Part shown: positions 35,701 to 50,200 of the stretch, in pieces
How the letters are laid out: each line of letters starts with the position of its first letter
Numbering within the stretch: position 1 is the first letter of the stretch
Assembly (NCBI GenBank): GCA_032718475.1
Contig: JAUCBJ010006774.1
Span: forward strand, 62,001-126,000
Source: Nemertoderma westbladi
Lineage: Eukaryota > Animalia > Xenacoelomorpha
Length of the DNA stretch: 64,000 nucleotides
Direction of reading: 5' to 3'
Position numbers and translations under genes: made by a program
Notes under the pieces: generated by a model
The model's input: the letters and a program-made list of their open reading frames with translations, nothing else
Told to the model about the DNA's origin: nothing
The model's database searches: none

Positions 35701-38640
35701 AAGGAGGCTGAAAGGATGCCACCATGTCTTATGCAGCACGTCAAGGAGGCTGAAAGGATGCCACCATGTCTTATGCAGCACGTCAAGGAGGCTGAAAGGA
35801 TGCCACCATGTCTTATGCAGCACGTCAAGGAGGCTGAAAGGATGCCACCATGTCTTATGCAGCACGTCAAGGAGGCTGAAAGGATGCCACCATGTCTTAT
35901 GCAGCACGTCAAGGAGGCTGAAAGGATGCCACCATGTCTTATGCAGCACGTCAAGGAGGCTGAAAGGATGCCACCATGTCTTATGCAGCACGTCAAGGAG
36001 GCTGAAAGGATGCCACCATGTCTTATGCAGCACGTCAAGGAGGCTGAAAGGATGCCACCATGTCTTATGCAGCACGTCAAGGAGGCTGAAAGGATGCCAC
36101 CATGTCTTATGCAGCACGTCAAGGAGGCTGAAAGGATGCCACCATGTCTTATGCAGCACGTCAAGGAGGCTGAAAGGATGCCACCATGTCTTATGCAGCA
36201 CGTCAAGGAGGCTGAAAGGATGCCACCATGTCTTATGCAGCACGTCAAGGAGGCTGAAAGGATGCCACCATGTCTTATGCAGCACGTCAAGGAGGCTGAA
36301 AGGATGCCACCATGTCTTATGCAGCACGTCAAGGAGGCTGAAAGGATGCCACCATGTCTTATGCAGCACGTCAAGGAGGCTGAAAGGATGCCACCATGTC
36401 TTATGCAGCACGTCAAGGAGGCTGAAAGGATGCCACCATGTCTTATGCAGCACGTCAAGGAGGCTGAAAGGATGCCACCATGTCTTATGCAGCACGTCAA
36501 GGAGGCTGAAAGGATGCCACCATGTCTTATGCAGCACGTCAAGGAGGCTGAAAGGATGCCACCATGTCTTATGCAGCACGTCAAGGAGGCTGAAAGGATG
36601 CCACCATGTCTTATGCAGCACGTCAAGGAGGCTGAAAGGATGCCACCATGTCTTATGCAGCACGTCAAGGAGGCTGAAAGGATGCCACCATGTCTTATGC
36701 AGCACGTCAAGGAGGCTGAAAGGATGCCACCATGTCTTATGCAGCACGTCAAGGAGGCTGAAAGGATGCCACCATGTCTTATGCAGCACGTCAAGGAGGC
36801 TGAAAGGATGCCACCATGTCTTATGCAGCACGTCAAGGAGGCTGAAAGGATGCCACCATGTCTTATGCAGCACGTCAAGGAGGCTGAAAGGATGCCACCA
36901 TGTCTTATGCAGCACGTCAAGGAGGCTGAAAGGATGCCACCATGTCTTATGCAGCACGTCAAGGAGGCTGAAAGGATGCCACCATGTCTTATGCAGCACG
37001 TCAAGGAGGCTGAAAGGATGCCACCATGTCTTATGCAGCACGTCAAGGAGGCTGAAAGGATGCCACCATGTCTTATGCAGCACGTCAAGGAGGCTGAAAG
37101 GATGCCACCATGTCTTATGCAGCACGTCAAGGAGGCTGAAAGGATGCCACCATGTCTTATGCAGCACGTCAAGGAGGCTGAAAGGATGCCACCATGTCTT
37201 ATGCAGCACGTCAAGGAGGCTGAAAGGATGCCACCATGTCTTATGCAGCACGTCAAGGAGGCTGAAAGGATGCCACCATGTCTTATGCCGCACGTCAAGG
37301 AGGCTGAAAGGATGCCACCATGTCTTATGCAGCACGTCAAGGAGGCTGAAAGGATGCCACCATGTCTTATGCAGCACGTCAAGGAGGCTGAAAGGATGCC
37401 ACCATGTCTTATGCAGCACGTCAAGGAGGCTGAAAGGATGCCACCATGTCTTATGCAGCACGTCAAGGAGGCTGAAAGGATGCCACCATGTCTTATGCAG
37501 CACGTCAAGGAGGCTGAAAGGATGCCACCATGTCTTATGCAGCACGTCAAGGAGGCTGAAAGGATGCCACCATGTCTTATGCAGCACGTCAAGGAGCTGA
37601 AAGGATGCCACCATGTCTTATGCAGCACGTCAAGGAGGCTGAAAGGATGCCACCATGTCTTATGCAGCACGTCAAGGAGGCTGAAAGGATGCCACCATGT
37701 CTTATGCAGCACGTCAAGGAGGCTGAAAGGATGCCACCATGTCTTATGCAGCACGTCAAGGAGGCTGAAAGGATGCCACCATGTCTTATGCAGCACGTCA
37801 AGGAGGCTGAAAGGATGCCACCATGTCTTATGCAGCACGTCAAGGAGGCTGAAAGGATGCCACCATGTCTTATGCCGCACGTCAAGGAGGCTGAAAGGAT
37901 GCCACCATGTCTTATGCAGCACGTCAAGGAGCTGAAAGGATGCCACCATGTCTTATGCAGCACGTCAAGGAGCTGAAAGGATGCCACCATGTCTTATGCA
38001 GCACGTCAAGGAGCTGAAAGGATGCCACCATGTCTTATGCAGCACGTCAAGGAGCTGAAAGGACGACACCATGTCTTATGCCGCACGTCAAGGAGGCTGA
38101 AAGGATGCCACCATGTCTTATGCAGCACGTCAAGGAGGCTGAAAGGATGCCACCATGTCTTATGCAGCACGTCAAGGAGCTGAAAGGATGCCACCATGTC
38201 TTATGCAGCACGTCAAGGAGCTGAAAGGATGCCACCATGTCTTATGCAGCACGTCAAGGAGCTGAAAGGATGCCACCATGTCTTATGCAGCACGCCAAGG
38301 AGCTGAAAGGATGCCACCATGTCTTATGCAGCACGTCAAGGAGCTGTAAGGATGCCACCATGTCTTATGCAGCACGTCAAGGAGCTGAAAGGATGCCACC
38401 ATGTCTTATGCAGCACGTCAAGGAGCTGAAAGGATGCCACCATGTCTTATGCAGCACGTCAAGGAGGCTGAAAGGATGCCACCATGTCTTATGCAGCACG
38501 TCAAGGAGATCTTTGATTTTGAGATTCGCCCATTCATCACCATAGAAGCTTTTGATTGGATGTAGTCATTGAAAACTTTGCTAACCATAAGATCTTCATC
38601 AGTGAGCTTAGTTGATATAATATGATCAATGAAAGATGTT
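29720..38640 (-). pseudogene. Internally deleted LINE ORF2 relic interrupted by the 42-bp array
   Basis: The minus strand entering the array reads TSFIDHIIST...QSKASMVMNGRISKSKISLTCCIRHGGILSA, and leaving it reads ...GGILSAYLFNIYFADLFDELASSGFGV. This is an APE 'IDH' motif joined to the RT QGG-motif region. Confidence 0.8.
29785..38507. repeat. 42-bp satellite, about 208 near-identical copies
   Basis: Unit GCTGAAAGGATGCCACCATGTCTTATGCAGCACGTCAAGGAG; A>C variant units mostly in the left part; 41-bp deletion units clustered at the right end. Confidence 0.98.
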
Positions 38641-38799
38641 ATTTTAACCCTTATTGTTTAGAAATTACTCAATGTGAACCTTCCAAACTTTGAGGCGCTG
38701 AACATTTTTATTCATGCATCCTGTATACATTTGACATAGAGATGTCATAGACTATTATTGAAAGACATGAAAACGCTCGCCGACAGACATGGCTAGCTC

Positions 38800-40646
38800 C
38801 ACGCAACATCATTCTTTTTCATAGAAATGGAGTGAATATTATTATTCGCATACCAACGCAAGATTGGTTCGGACATAATAATTGGGTGTATCCTTGAATT
38901 CCTTGAAGCACAGCGATCGAGTGGTAAATCGGTTTTTCTATGCCAGATCGACATCAAAGGGGCCTTTGATAATGTTGACCATATATTATTGTTCCGCAAG
39001 TTGTTACAACACATTAATCCGCATATATGTTTTGCTCTATACACTTACTATACATGCACAATGGCATTCCTGAAATTTGGCGACTACATTGATAGCGACG
39101 GGATACACCTAATCAAAGGAGTCAAACAAGGATCCTTATTATCACCCTTATTATTTTTGTTGTATACTAAAGATGCGCTACACAATATGAATGATGATGG
39201 CGCTGGGTTCAATATAACTTTGATGTGGCTTGGTATCGTGGCTTATGCCGACGATTTTCTTCTTTGCGCCGACACAGCTGCCAAACTTGAGACACTTGTT
39301 GCTCGCCTTATTGATGTACTAAATGATCTGAAACTTCATGTCGAACATAGCAAGACAAAATGGATCTGTCATCGTGGAATTGGGACTACCACTGCACCGA
39401 TACCTTGCTTTATTAACGCAGGCGGTACTCTAATAAGCGAAAGTCCTACGTTTGTTTTCCTTGGATTCAATTTATTATCCGCACCCAACTCAAACCTCCA
39501 TAAAGACTGTATCCAGACAATCTCGATACTCTCAGATATGTTCCATCGGAAAGGTTGGACAGTCCGCAACATCGACATTGATACTATTTCCTATCTGTGG
39601 CGAACTATTGCCGTCCCATCTATTTCGTATAGTCTGAAATTCAACATAGGGGCACTCAGTAAGGTTGCCATTGAGAAGGTTGATGTTCACTACCGCAAGG
39701 CATTGCGTGGTCTCCTGCATATTGGTTCCTACGTTGACAACAACATTGTATACAAAATTTTAGGCTGCCATCCCATATCCACAATAGCATATCAACTATG
39801 TGTTGGGACTATACTGAGGTCTCGTTATTGCCCTAATATAATTTTACAAGCTCTGCTGGGGGTTTGCTTAAATGATACAATGGCCGGTAACCGCCGCTAT
39901 GTTGGTCTCGGCTCGACCTATGATGCGTGTAGATGTACTTTCCCACTGCCACGTCTGTCATCATTACTGAGTTACAGCTACAGTATGCGTTCATTGAAAG
40001 AGAGATTACAACCTGACCAACTCACATATCTAGAGACATTTCAACTCAATTTTATTCGCAGCTGCTATTACTCATCCGGTACTTTCACTGATAAGCATGA
40101 ACGTATCCTAAGTTTTTTCAACATTTCATAGTACAAACGGCAATGTTTTATTTTTTTATGTACTCTCAGTGACAGCATACTCTTTTCCATACACTATATT
40201 GATTATAACATAATGTTGCCTTCATTGATTATATATTTATTTTACAATTGTGACAATTTCCTCTGCTCGATGTAATAATATCAATTTATAATATTGACTA
40301 CAACCACAGGGATGTACCGTTGTAATATTTAAAACTTGGATCAGATTTCAATCGTTAATTATATATTGTTATTTATTGTATTGCGTATTGCTCATTGTCC
40401 GGTAATGCTCTAAATCATTTGAACTATTCAGTACACAGTTTTTGCATGCAAAGTAATTGTGTCCACGAGTGGCGACTGACAACTAACTCCTTGTATTCTT
40501 CAGCCACCTCTATGATATTTTAATCACATACTTTATATTTTTAGCCAGCTGTTTTATTGTGCATTTGCGTGCATTTTTATTTACATTTACCCTGTATTGT
40601 CGCCTCGTGCGAATTAAATCAAATAATAATAATAATAATAATAATA
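38800..40646 (+). mobile_element. 5'-truncated LINE (RT C-terminal half, 3' UTR, (AAT)n tail), same clade as the 55682 element
   Basis: QIDIKGAFDNVDH, GVKQGSLLSPLLFLLY, AYADD; C-terminal HRKGWT / YRKALRGLL / YVGLGSTY; ORF stop at 40131; (AAT)n at ~40622-40645. Confidence 0.9.
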
Positions 40647-41256
40647 TTACAATAGGACAGTATATACCAATATATCAGTTAGCACTGTAGTGTCGCCACT
40701 CTATAAGTTTGTTTCTACATAGAATTGCGCAGAGATTGCAGCCTCAGATAATAATTTACGATTATTATCGTTTCCTACAGTACAGTTATACAGCACATTC
40801 AGTTATAGTTCGTTCAACACACTTAGACTCACACGTGTCTCTCGTACAGTAGGCCGACATACAGTTGGTCTGTCCAACACACTCCACGTGTCTTGATATA
40901 GTATCCCGTACCGTATATACATACGGTTAACTCGTTCAATACACTCACAAGTGTCTCTGTCTGCTACTTTTTGTGGAAATCTTTTAATTTTGTTTACGGG
41001 AAAGACTCTGAATTTGCAAATACTACTGTAAATGAAAATGTAACTACAGTATTAATAAAATAATAATTCAGGAGTGAAATATTATATTCTCCATTGCACT
41101 GTAAAATATTTGTATGTTTTTAATAGTAAGCCTATACAATACATACTGTAAATAATAAATAATAAAACCGCGATGCAAAAAAAAAGATTATTGTGGGAAA
41201 GTGAAACTTTGATTAAAAAAAGCAACAAACAGTAGGCCGGAGGCGACCGGAAGGCT

Positions 41257-44200
41257 GCTACCGGAATGTATGTGTGGGCGCTGCTCCTACCTACTACCAG
41301 AATGTATGTGTGGGTGCTGCTCCTATCTGTTACCGGAATGTACCTATGTGTGGGCGCTGCTCCTATCTGCTACCGGAATGTATGTGTGGGCGCTGCTCCT
41401 ATCTGTAACCAGAATGTATGTGTGGGCGCTGCTCCTATCTGGTACCAGAATGTATGTGTGGGCGCTGCTCCTATCTGTTACCGGAATGTACCTATGTGTG
41501 GGCGCTGCTCCTATCTGCTACCGGAATGTATGTGTGGGCGCTGCTCCTATCTGTAACCAGAATGTATGTGTGGGCGCTGCTCCTATCTGTTACCGGAATG
41601 TACCTATGTGTGGGCGCTGCTCCTATCTGCTACCGGAATGTATGTGTGGGCGCTGCTCCTATCTGTAACCAGAATGTATGTGTGGGCGCTGCTCCTATCT
41701 GCTACCGGAATGTAGGTGTGGGCTCTGCTCCTATCTACTACTGGAGTGTATGTGTGGGCGCTGCTCCTATCTGCTACCAGAATGTAGGTGTGGGCGCTGC
41801 TCCTATCTGTTACCGGAATGTACCTATGTGTGGGCGCTGCTCCTATCTGCCGCCGGAATGTATGTGTGGGCGCTGCTCCTATCTGTAACCAGAATGTATG
41901 TGTGGGCGCTGCTCCTATCTGTTACCGGAATGTACCTATGTGTGGGCGCTGCTCCTATCTGCTACCGGAATGTATGTGTGGGCGCTGCTCCTATCTGTAA
42001 CCAGAATGTATGTGTGGGCGCTGCTCCTATCTGTTACCGGAATGTACCTATGTGTGGGCGCTGCTCCTATCTGTAACCGGAATGTATGTGTGGGCGCTGC
42101 TCCTATCTGCTACCGGAGTGTATGTGTGGGCGCTGCTCCTATCTGCTACCGGAATGTATGTGTGGGCGCTGCTCCTATCTGTAACCAGAATGTATGTGTG
42201 GGTGCTGCTCCTATCTGGTACCAGAATGTATGTGTGGGCGCTGCTCCTATCTGTTACCGGAATGTACCTATGTGTGGGCGCTGCTCCTATCTGTAACCGG
42301 AATGTATGTGTGGGCGCTGCTCCTATCTGCTACCGGAGTGTATGTGTGGGCGCTGCTCCTATCTGCTACCGGAATGTATGTGTGGGCGCTGCTCCTATCT
42401 GTAACCAGAATGTATGTGTGGGTGCTGCTCCTATCTGGTACCAGAATGTATGTGTGGGCGCTGCCCCTATCTGCTACCGGAGTGTATGTGTGGGCGCTGC
42501 TCCTATCTGCTACCGGAATGTATGTGTGGGCGCTGCTCCTATCTGTAACCAGAATGTATGTGTGGGTGCTGCTCCTATCTGGTACCAGAATGTATGTGTG
42601 GGCGCTGCTCCTATCTGTAACCAGAATGTATGTGTGGGCGCTGCTCCTATCTGTTACCGGAATGTATGTGTGGGCGCTGCTCCTATCTGTAACCAGAATG
42701 TATGTGTGGGCGCTGCTCCTATCTGTTACCGGAATGTACCTATGTGTGGGCGCTGCTCCTATCTGTAACCGGAATGTATGTGTGGGCGCTGCTCCTATCT
42801 GCTACCGGAATGTAGGTGTGGGCGCTGCTCCTATCTGCTACCGGAATGTATGTGTGGGCGCTGCTCCTATCTGTTACCGGAATGTATGTGTGGGCGCTGC
42901 TCCTATCTGCTACCAGAATGTATGTGTGGGCGCTGCTCCTATCTGTTACCGGAATGTATGTGTGGGCGCTGCTCCTATCTGCTACCAGAATGTATGTGTG
43001 GGCGCTGCTCCTATCTGCTACCGGAATGTATGTGTGGGCGCTGCTCCTATCTGTTACCGGAATGTATGTGTGGGCGCTGCTCCTATCTGCTACCAGAATG
43101 TATGTGTGGGTGCTGCTCCTATCTGGTACCAGAATGTATGTGTGGGTGCTGCTCCTATCTGGTACCAGAATGTATGTGTGGGCGCTGCTCCTATCTGTTA
43201 CCGGAATGTACCTATGTGTGGGCGCTGCTCCTATCTGTAACCAGAATGTATGTGTGGGTGCTGCTCCTATCTGGTACCAGAATGTATGTGTGGGTGCTGC
43301 TCCTATCTGGTACCAGAATGTATGTGTGGGCGCTGCTCCTATCTGTTACCGGAATGTACCTATGTGTGGGCGCTGCTCCTATCTGTAACCAGAATGTATG
43401 TGTGGGTGCTGCTCCTATCTGGTACCAGAATGTAGGTGTGGGCGCTGCTCCTATCTGCTACCGGAATGTATGTGTGGGCGCTGCTCCTATCTGCTACCGG
43501 AATGTATGTGTGGGCGCTGCTCCTATCTGTAACCAGAATGTATGTGTGGGCGCTGCTCCTATCTGTTACCGGAATGTACCTATGTGTGGGCGCTGCTCCT
43601 ATCTGTAACCAGAATGTATGTGTGGGTGCTGCTCCTATCTGGTACCAGAATGTAGGTGTGGGCGCTGCTCCTATCTGCTACCGGAATGTATGTGTGGGCA
43701 CTGCTCCTATCTGCTACCGGAATGTATGTGTGGGCGCTGCTCCTATCTGGTACCAGAATGTATGTGTGGGCGCTGCTCCTATCTGTTACCGGAATGTACC
43801 TATGTGTGGGCGCTGCTCCTATCTGTAACCAGAATGTATGTGTGGGTGCTGCTCCTATCTGGTACCAGAATGTAGGTGTGGGCGCTGCTCCTATCTGCTA
43901 CCGGAATGTATGTGTGGGCACTGCTCCTATCTGCTACCGGAATGTATGTGTGGGCGCTGCTCCTATCTGTAACCAGAATGTATGTGTGGGTGCTGCTCCT
44001 ATCTGGTACCAGAATGTAGGTGTGGGCGCTGCTCCTATCTGCTACCGGAATGTATGTGTGGGCGCTGCTCCTATCTGCTACCGGAATGTATGTGTGGGCG
44101 CTGCTCCTATCTGTAACCAGAATGTATGTGTGGGCGCTGCTCCTATCTGCTACCGGAATGTAGGTGTGGGCGCTGCTCCTATTTGCTACCAGAATGTATG

Positions 44201-47200
44201 TGTGGGCGCTGCTCCTATCTGCTACCGAAATGTATGTGTGGGCGCTGCTCCTATCTGCTACCGGAATGTATGTGTGGGCGCTGCTCCTATCTGCTACCAG
44301 AATGTATGTGTGGGCACTGCTCCTATCTACTACCCGAATGTATGTGTGGGTGCTGCTCCTATTTGCTATCGGAATGTAGGTGTGGGCGCTGCTTCTATCT
44401 GTAACCGGAATGTATGTGTGGGCGTTGCTCCTATCTGCAACCGGAATGTATGTGTGGGCGTTGCTCCTATCTGTAACCGGAATGTATGTGTGGGCGCTGC
44501 TCCTATCTGCTACTGGAATGTATGTGTGGGCGCTGCTCCTATCTGCTACCGAAATGTATGTGTGGGCGCTGCTCCTATCTGCTACCGGGAATGTATGTGT
44601 GGGCGCTGCTTCTATCTGTAACCGGAATGTATGTGTGGGCGTTGCTCCTATCTGCTACCAGAATGTATGTGTGGGCGCTGCTCCTATCTGCTACTGGAAT
44701 GTATGTGTGGGCGCTGCTCCTATCTGCTACCGAAATGTATGTGTGGGCGCTGCTCCTATCTGCTACCGGAATGTATGTGTGGGCGCTGCTCCTATCTGCT
44801 ACCGGGAATGTATGTGTGGGCGCTGCTCCTATCTGCTACCGGAATGTATGTGTGGGCACTGCTCCTATCTGCTACCGGAATGTAGGTGTGGGCGCTGCTC
44901 CTATTTGCTACCGGAATGTAGGTGTGGGCGCTGCTCCTATTTGCTACCAGAATGTATGTGTGGGTGCTGCTCCTATCTGCTACCGGGAATGTATGTGTGG
45001 GCGCTGCTCCTATCTGCTACCGGAATGTATGTGTGGGCGTTGCTCCTATCTGCAACCGGAATGTATGTGTGGGCGCTGCTCCTATCTGCTACCGGAATGT
45101 AGGTGTGGGCGCTGCTCCTATTTGCTACCAGAATGTATGTGTGGGTGCTGCTCCTATCTGCTACCGGGAATGTATGTGTGGGCGCTGCTCCTATCTGCTA
45201 CCAGAATGTATGTGTGGGCGCTGCTCCTATCTGTAACCGGAATGTATGTGTGGGCGCTGCTCCTATCTGCTACCAGAATGTATGTGTGGGCGCTGCTCCT
45301 ATCTGCTACCGGAATGTATGTGTGGGTGCTGCTTCTATCTGCTACCGGAATGTATGTGTGGGCGCTGCTCCTATCTGCTACCGGAATGTATGTGTGGGCG
45401 CTGCTCCTATCTGCTACCGGAATGTATGTGTGGGCGCTGCTCCTATCTGCTACCGGAATGTACCTATGTGTGGGCGCTGCTCCTATCTGCTACCGGAATG
45501 TATGTGTGGGTGCTGCTCCTATCTGCTACCGGAATGTATGTGTGGGCGCTGCTCCTATCTGCTACCGGAATGTACCTATGTGTGGGCGCTGCTCCTATCT
45601 GCTACCGGAATGTATGTGTGGGCGTTGCTCCTATCTGCAACCGGAATGTATGTGTGGGCGCTGCTCCTATCTGCTACCAGAATGTATGTGTGGGCGCTGC
45701 TCCTATCTGTAACCGGAATGTATGTGTGGGCGCTGCTCCTATCTGCTACCGGAATGTATGTGTGGGCGCTGCTCCTATCTGCTACCGGAATGTAGGTGTG
45801 GGCGCTGCTCCTATCTGCTACCAGAATGTATGTGTGGGCGCTGCTCCTATCTGCTACCGGAATGTATGTGTGGACGCTGCTCCTATCTGTTACCGGAATG
45901 TACCTATGTGTGGGCGCTGCTCCTATTTGCTACCGGAATGTAGGTGTGGGCGGTGCTCCTATCTGCTACCAGAATGTATGTGTGGGCACTGCTCCTATCT
46001 GCTACCGGAATGTAGGTGTGGGCGGTGCTCCTATCTGCTACCAGAATGTATGTGTGGGCGCTGCTCCTATCTGCTACCAGAATGTATGTGTGGGCGCTGC
46101 TCCTATCTGCTACCGGAATGTAGGTGTGGGCACTGCTCCTATCTGCTACCGGAATGTATGTGTGGACGCTGCTCCTATCTGTTACCGGAATGTACCTATG
46201 TGTGGGCGCTGCTCCTATTTGCTACCGGAATGTAGGTGTGGGCGGTGCTCCTATCTGCTACCAGAATGTATGTGTGGGCACTGCTCCTATCTGCTACCGG
46301 AATGTAGGTGTGGGCGGTGCTCCTATCTGCTACCAGAATGTATGTGTGGGCGCTGCTCCTATCTGCTACCGGAATGTAGGTGTGTGCGCTGCTCCTATTT
46401 GCTACCAGAATGTAGGTGTGGGCGGTGCTCCTATCTGTAACCGGAATGTATGTGTGGGCGCTGCTCCTATCTGCTACCGGAATGTATGTGTGGGCGCTGC
46501 TCCTATCTGGTACCAGAATGTATGTGTGGGCGCTGCTCCTATCTGCTACCAGAATGTAGGTGTGGGCGCTGCTCCTATCTGTTACCGGAATGTACCTATG
46601 TGTGGGCGCTGCTCCTATCTGCTACCGGAATGTATGTGTGGGCGCTGCTCCTATCTGCTACCGGAATGTATGTGTGGACGCTGCTCCTATCTGTTACCGG
46701 AATGTACCTATGTGTGGGCGCTGCTCCTATTTGCTACCGGAATGTAGGTGTGGGCGGTGCTCCTATCTGCTACCAGAATGTATGTGTGGGCACTGCTCCT
46801 ATCTGCTACCGGAATGTAGGTGTGGGCGCTGCTCCTATCTGGTACCAGAATGTATGTGTGGGCGCTGCTCCTATCTGCTACCAGAATGTAGGTGTGGGCG
46901 CTGCTCCTATCTGCTACCGGAATGTATGTGTGGACGCTGCTCCTATCTGTTACCGGAATGTACCTATGTGTGGGCGCTGCTCCTATTTGCTACCGGAATG
47001 TAGGTGTGGGCGGTGCTCCTATCTGCTACCAGAATGTATGTGTGGGCACTGCTCCTATCTGCTACCGGAATGTAGGTGTGGGCGCTGCTCCTATCTGGTA
47101 CCAGAATGTATGTGTGGGCGCTGCTCCTATCTGCTACCAGAATGTAGGTGTGGGCGCTGCTCCTATCTGCTACCGGAATGTATGTGTGGGCGCTGCTCCT

Positions 47201-50200
47201 ATCTGCTACCAGAATGTAGGTGTGGGCGCTGCTCCTATCTGCTACCGGAATGTATGTGTGGGCGCTGCTCCTATCTGCTACCGGAATGTATGTGTGGGCG
47301 CTGCTCCTATCTGGTACCAGAATGTATGTGTGGGCGCTGCTCCTATCTGCTACCAGAATGTAGGTGTGGGCGCTGCTCCTATCTGCTACCGGAATGAATG
47401 TGTGGACGCTGCTCCTATCTGTTACCGGAATGTACCTATGTGTGGGCGCTGCTCCTATTTGCTACCGGAATGTAGGTGTGGGCGGTGCTCCTATCTGCTA
47501 CCAGAATGTATGTGTGGGCACTGCTCCTATCTGCTACCGGAATGTAGGTGTGGGCGGTGCTCCTATCTGCTACCAGAATGTATGTGTGGGCGCTGCTCCT
47601 ATCTGCTACCAGAATGTATGTGTGGGCGCTGCTCCTATCTACTACCAGAATGTATGTGTGGGCGCTGCTCCTATCTACTACCGGAATGTACCTATGTGTG
47701 GGCACTGCTCCTATCTACTACCGGAATGTACCTATGTGTGGGCGCTGCTCCTATCTGCTACCAGAATGTATGTGTGGGTGCTGCTCCTATCTGTTACCGG
47801 AATGTATGTGTGGGTGCTGCTCCTATCTGTTACCGGAATGTATGTGTGGGTGCTGCTCCTATCTGCTACCGGAATGTATGTGTGGGTGCTGCTCCTATCT
47901 GTTACCGGAATGTACCTATGTGTGGGCGCTGCTCCTATCTGCTACCAGAATGTATGTGTGGGCGCTGCTCCTATCTGCTACCAGAATGTATGTGTGGGCG
48001 CTGCTCCTATCTGCTACCAGAATGTATGTGTGGGCGCTGCTCCTATCTGCTACCGGAATGTATGTGTGGGCGCTGCTCCTATCTGCTACCGGAATGTAGG
48101 TGTGGGCGCTGCTCCTATCTGCTACCAGAATGTATGTGTGGGCGCTGCTCCTATCTGCTACCAGAATGTATGTGTGGGCGCTGCTCCTATCTGCTACCAG
48201 AATGTATGTGTGGGCGCTGCTCCTATTTGCTACCAGAATGTATGTGTGGACGCTGCTCCTATCTGCTACCAGAATGTATGTGTGGGCGCTGCTCCTATCT
48301 GCTACCGGAATGTAGGTGTGGGCGCTGCTCCTATCTGCTACCGGAATGTAGGTGTGGGCGCTGCTCCTATCTGCTACCACAATGTATGTGTGGGCGCTGC
48401 TCCTATCTGCTACCAGAATGTATGTGTGGGCGCTGCTCCTATCTGCTACCGGAATGTATGTGTGGGCGCTGCTCCTATCTGCTACCAGAATGTATGTGTG
48501 GGCGCTGCTCCTATCTGCTACCAGAATGTATGTGTGGGCGCTGCTCCTATCTGCTACCAGAATGTATGTGTGGGCGCTGCTCCTATCTGCTACCGGGAAT
48601 GTATGTGTGGGCGCTGCTCCTATCTGCTACCGGAGTGTATGTGTGGGCGCTGCTCCTATCTGCTACCGGAGTGTATGTGTGGGCGCTGCTCCTATCTGCT
48701 ACCAGAATGTATGTGTGGGCGCTGCTCCTATCTGCTACCGGGAATGTATGTGTGGGCGCTGCTCCTATCTGCTACCGGAATGTATGTGTGGGCGCTGCTC
48801 CTATCTGCTACCAGAATGTATGTGTGGGCGCTGCTCCTATCTGCTACCGGGAATGTATGTGTGGGCGCTGCTCCTATCTACTACCGGAGTGTATGTGTGG
48901 GCGCTGCTCCTATCTGCTACCGGAGTGTATGTGTGGGCGCTGCTCCTATCTGCTACCAGAATGTATGTGTGGGCGCTGCTCCTATCTGTAACCGGAATGT
49001 ATGTGTGGGCGCTGCTCCTATCTGCTACCAGAATGTATGTGTGGGCGCTGCTCCTATCTGCTACCAGAATGTATGTGTGGGCGCTGCTCCTATCTGCTAC
49101 CGGAATGTATGTGTGGGTGCTGCTTCTATCTACTACCGGAGCGTATGTGTGGGCGCTGCTCCTATCTGCTACCGGAATGTATGTGTGGGCGCTGCTCCTA
49201 TCTGCTACCGAAATGTATGTGTGGGCGCTGCTCCTATCTGCTACCGGAATGTATGTGTGGGCGCTGCTCCTATCTGTTACCAGAATGTATGTGTGGGCGC
49301 TGCTCCTATCTGCTACCGGAATGTATGTGTGGGCGCTGCTCCTATCTGCTACCGAAATGTATGTGTGGGCGCTGCTCCTATCTGCTACCGGAATGTATGT
49401 GTGGGCGCTGCTCCTATCTGCTACCGAAATGTATGTGTGGGCGCTGCTCCTATCTGCTACCGGAATGTATGTGTGGGCGCTGCTCCTATCTGCTACCAGA
49501 ATGTATGTGTGGGCGCTGCTCCTATCTGTAACCGGAATGTATGTGTGGACGCTGCTCCTATCTGCTACCGGAATGTATGTGTGGGCGCTGCTCCTATCTG
49601 CTACCGGAATGTAGGTGTGGGCGCTGCTCCTATCTGCTACCAGAATGTATGTGTGGGCGCTGCTCCTATCTGCTACCGGAATGTATGTGTGGGCGCTGCT
49701 CCTATCTGCTACCGGAATGTATGTGTGGGCGCTGCTCCTATCTGCTACCAGAATGTATGTGTGGGCGCTGCTCCTATCTGCTACCGGAATGTATGTGTGG
49801 GCGCTGCTCCTATCTGCTACCGGAATGTATGTGTGGGCGCTGCTCCTATCTGCTACCGGAATGTATGTGTGGGCGCTGCTCCTATCTGCTACCAGAATGT
49901 ATGTGTGGGCGCTGCTCCTATCTGCTACCGGAATGTATGTGTGGGCGCTGCTCCTATCTGCTACCGGAATGTATGTGTGGGCGCTGCTCCTATCTGTAAC
50001 CGGAATGTATGTGTGGGCGCTGCTCCTATCTGCTACCAGAATGTATGTGTGGGCGCTGCTCCTATCTGCTACCGGAATGTATGTGTGGGCGCTGCTCCTA
50101 TCTGCTACCGGAATGTATGTGTGGGCGCTGCTCCTATCTGTAACCGGAATGTATGTGTGGACGCTGCTCCTATCTGCTACCGGAATGTATGTGTGGGCGC

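Noticed and set aside
29685-38545. 2600-2750-aa ORFs on both strands
   Set aside because: Artefact of a 42-bp (multiple of 3) unit that is stop-free in several frames; not genes.
38510-40646. Twin-priming 5' inversion of a single LINE
   Set aside because: Both oppositely oriented pieces contain the RT QGG-motif region with different sequences, so they are separate elements.
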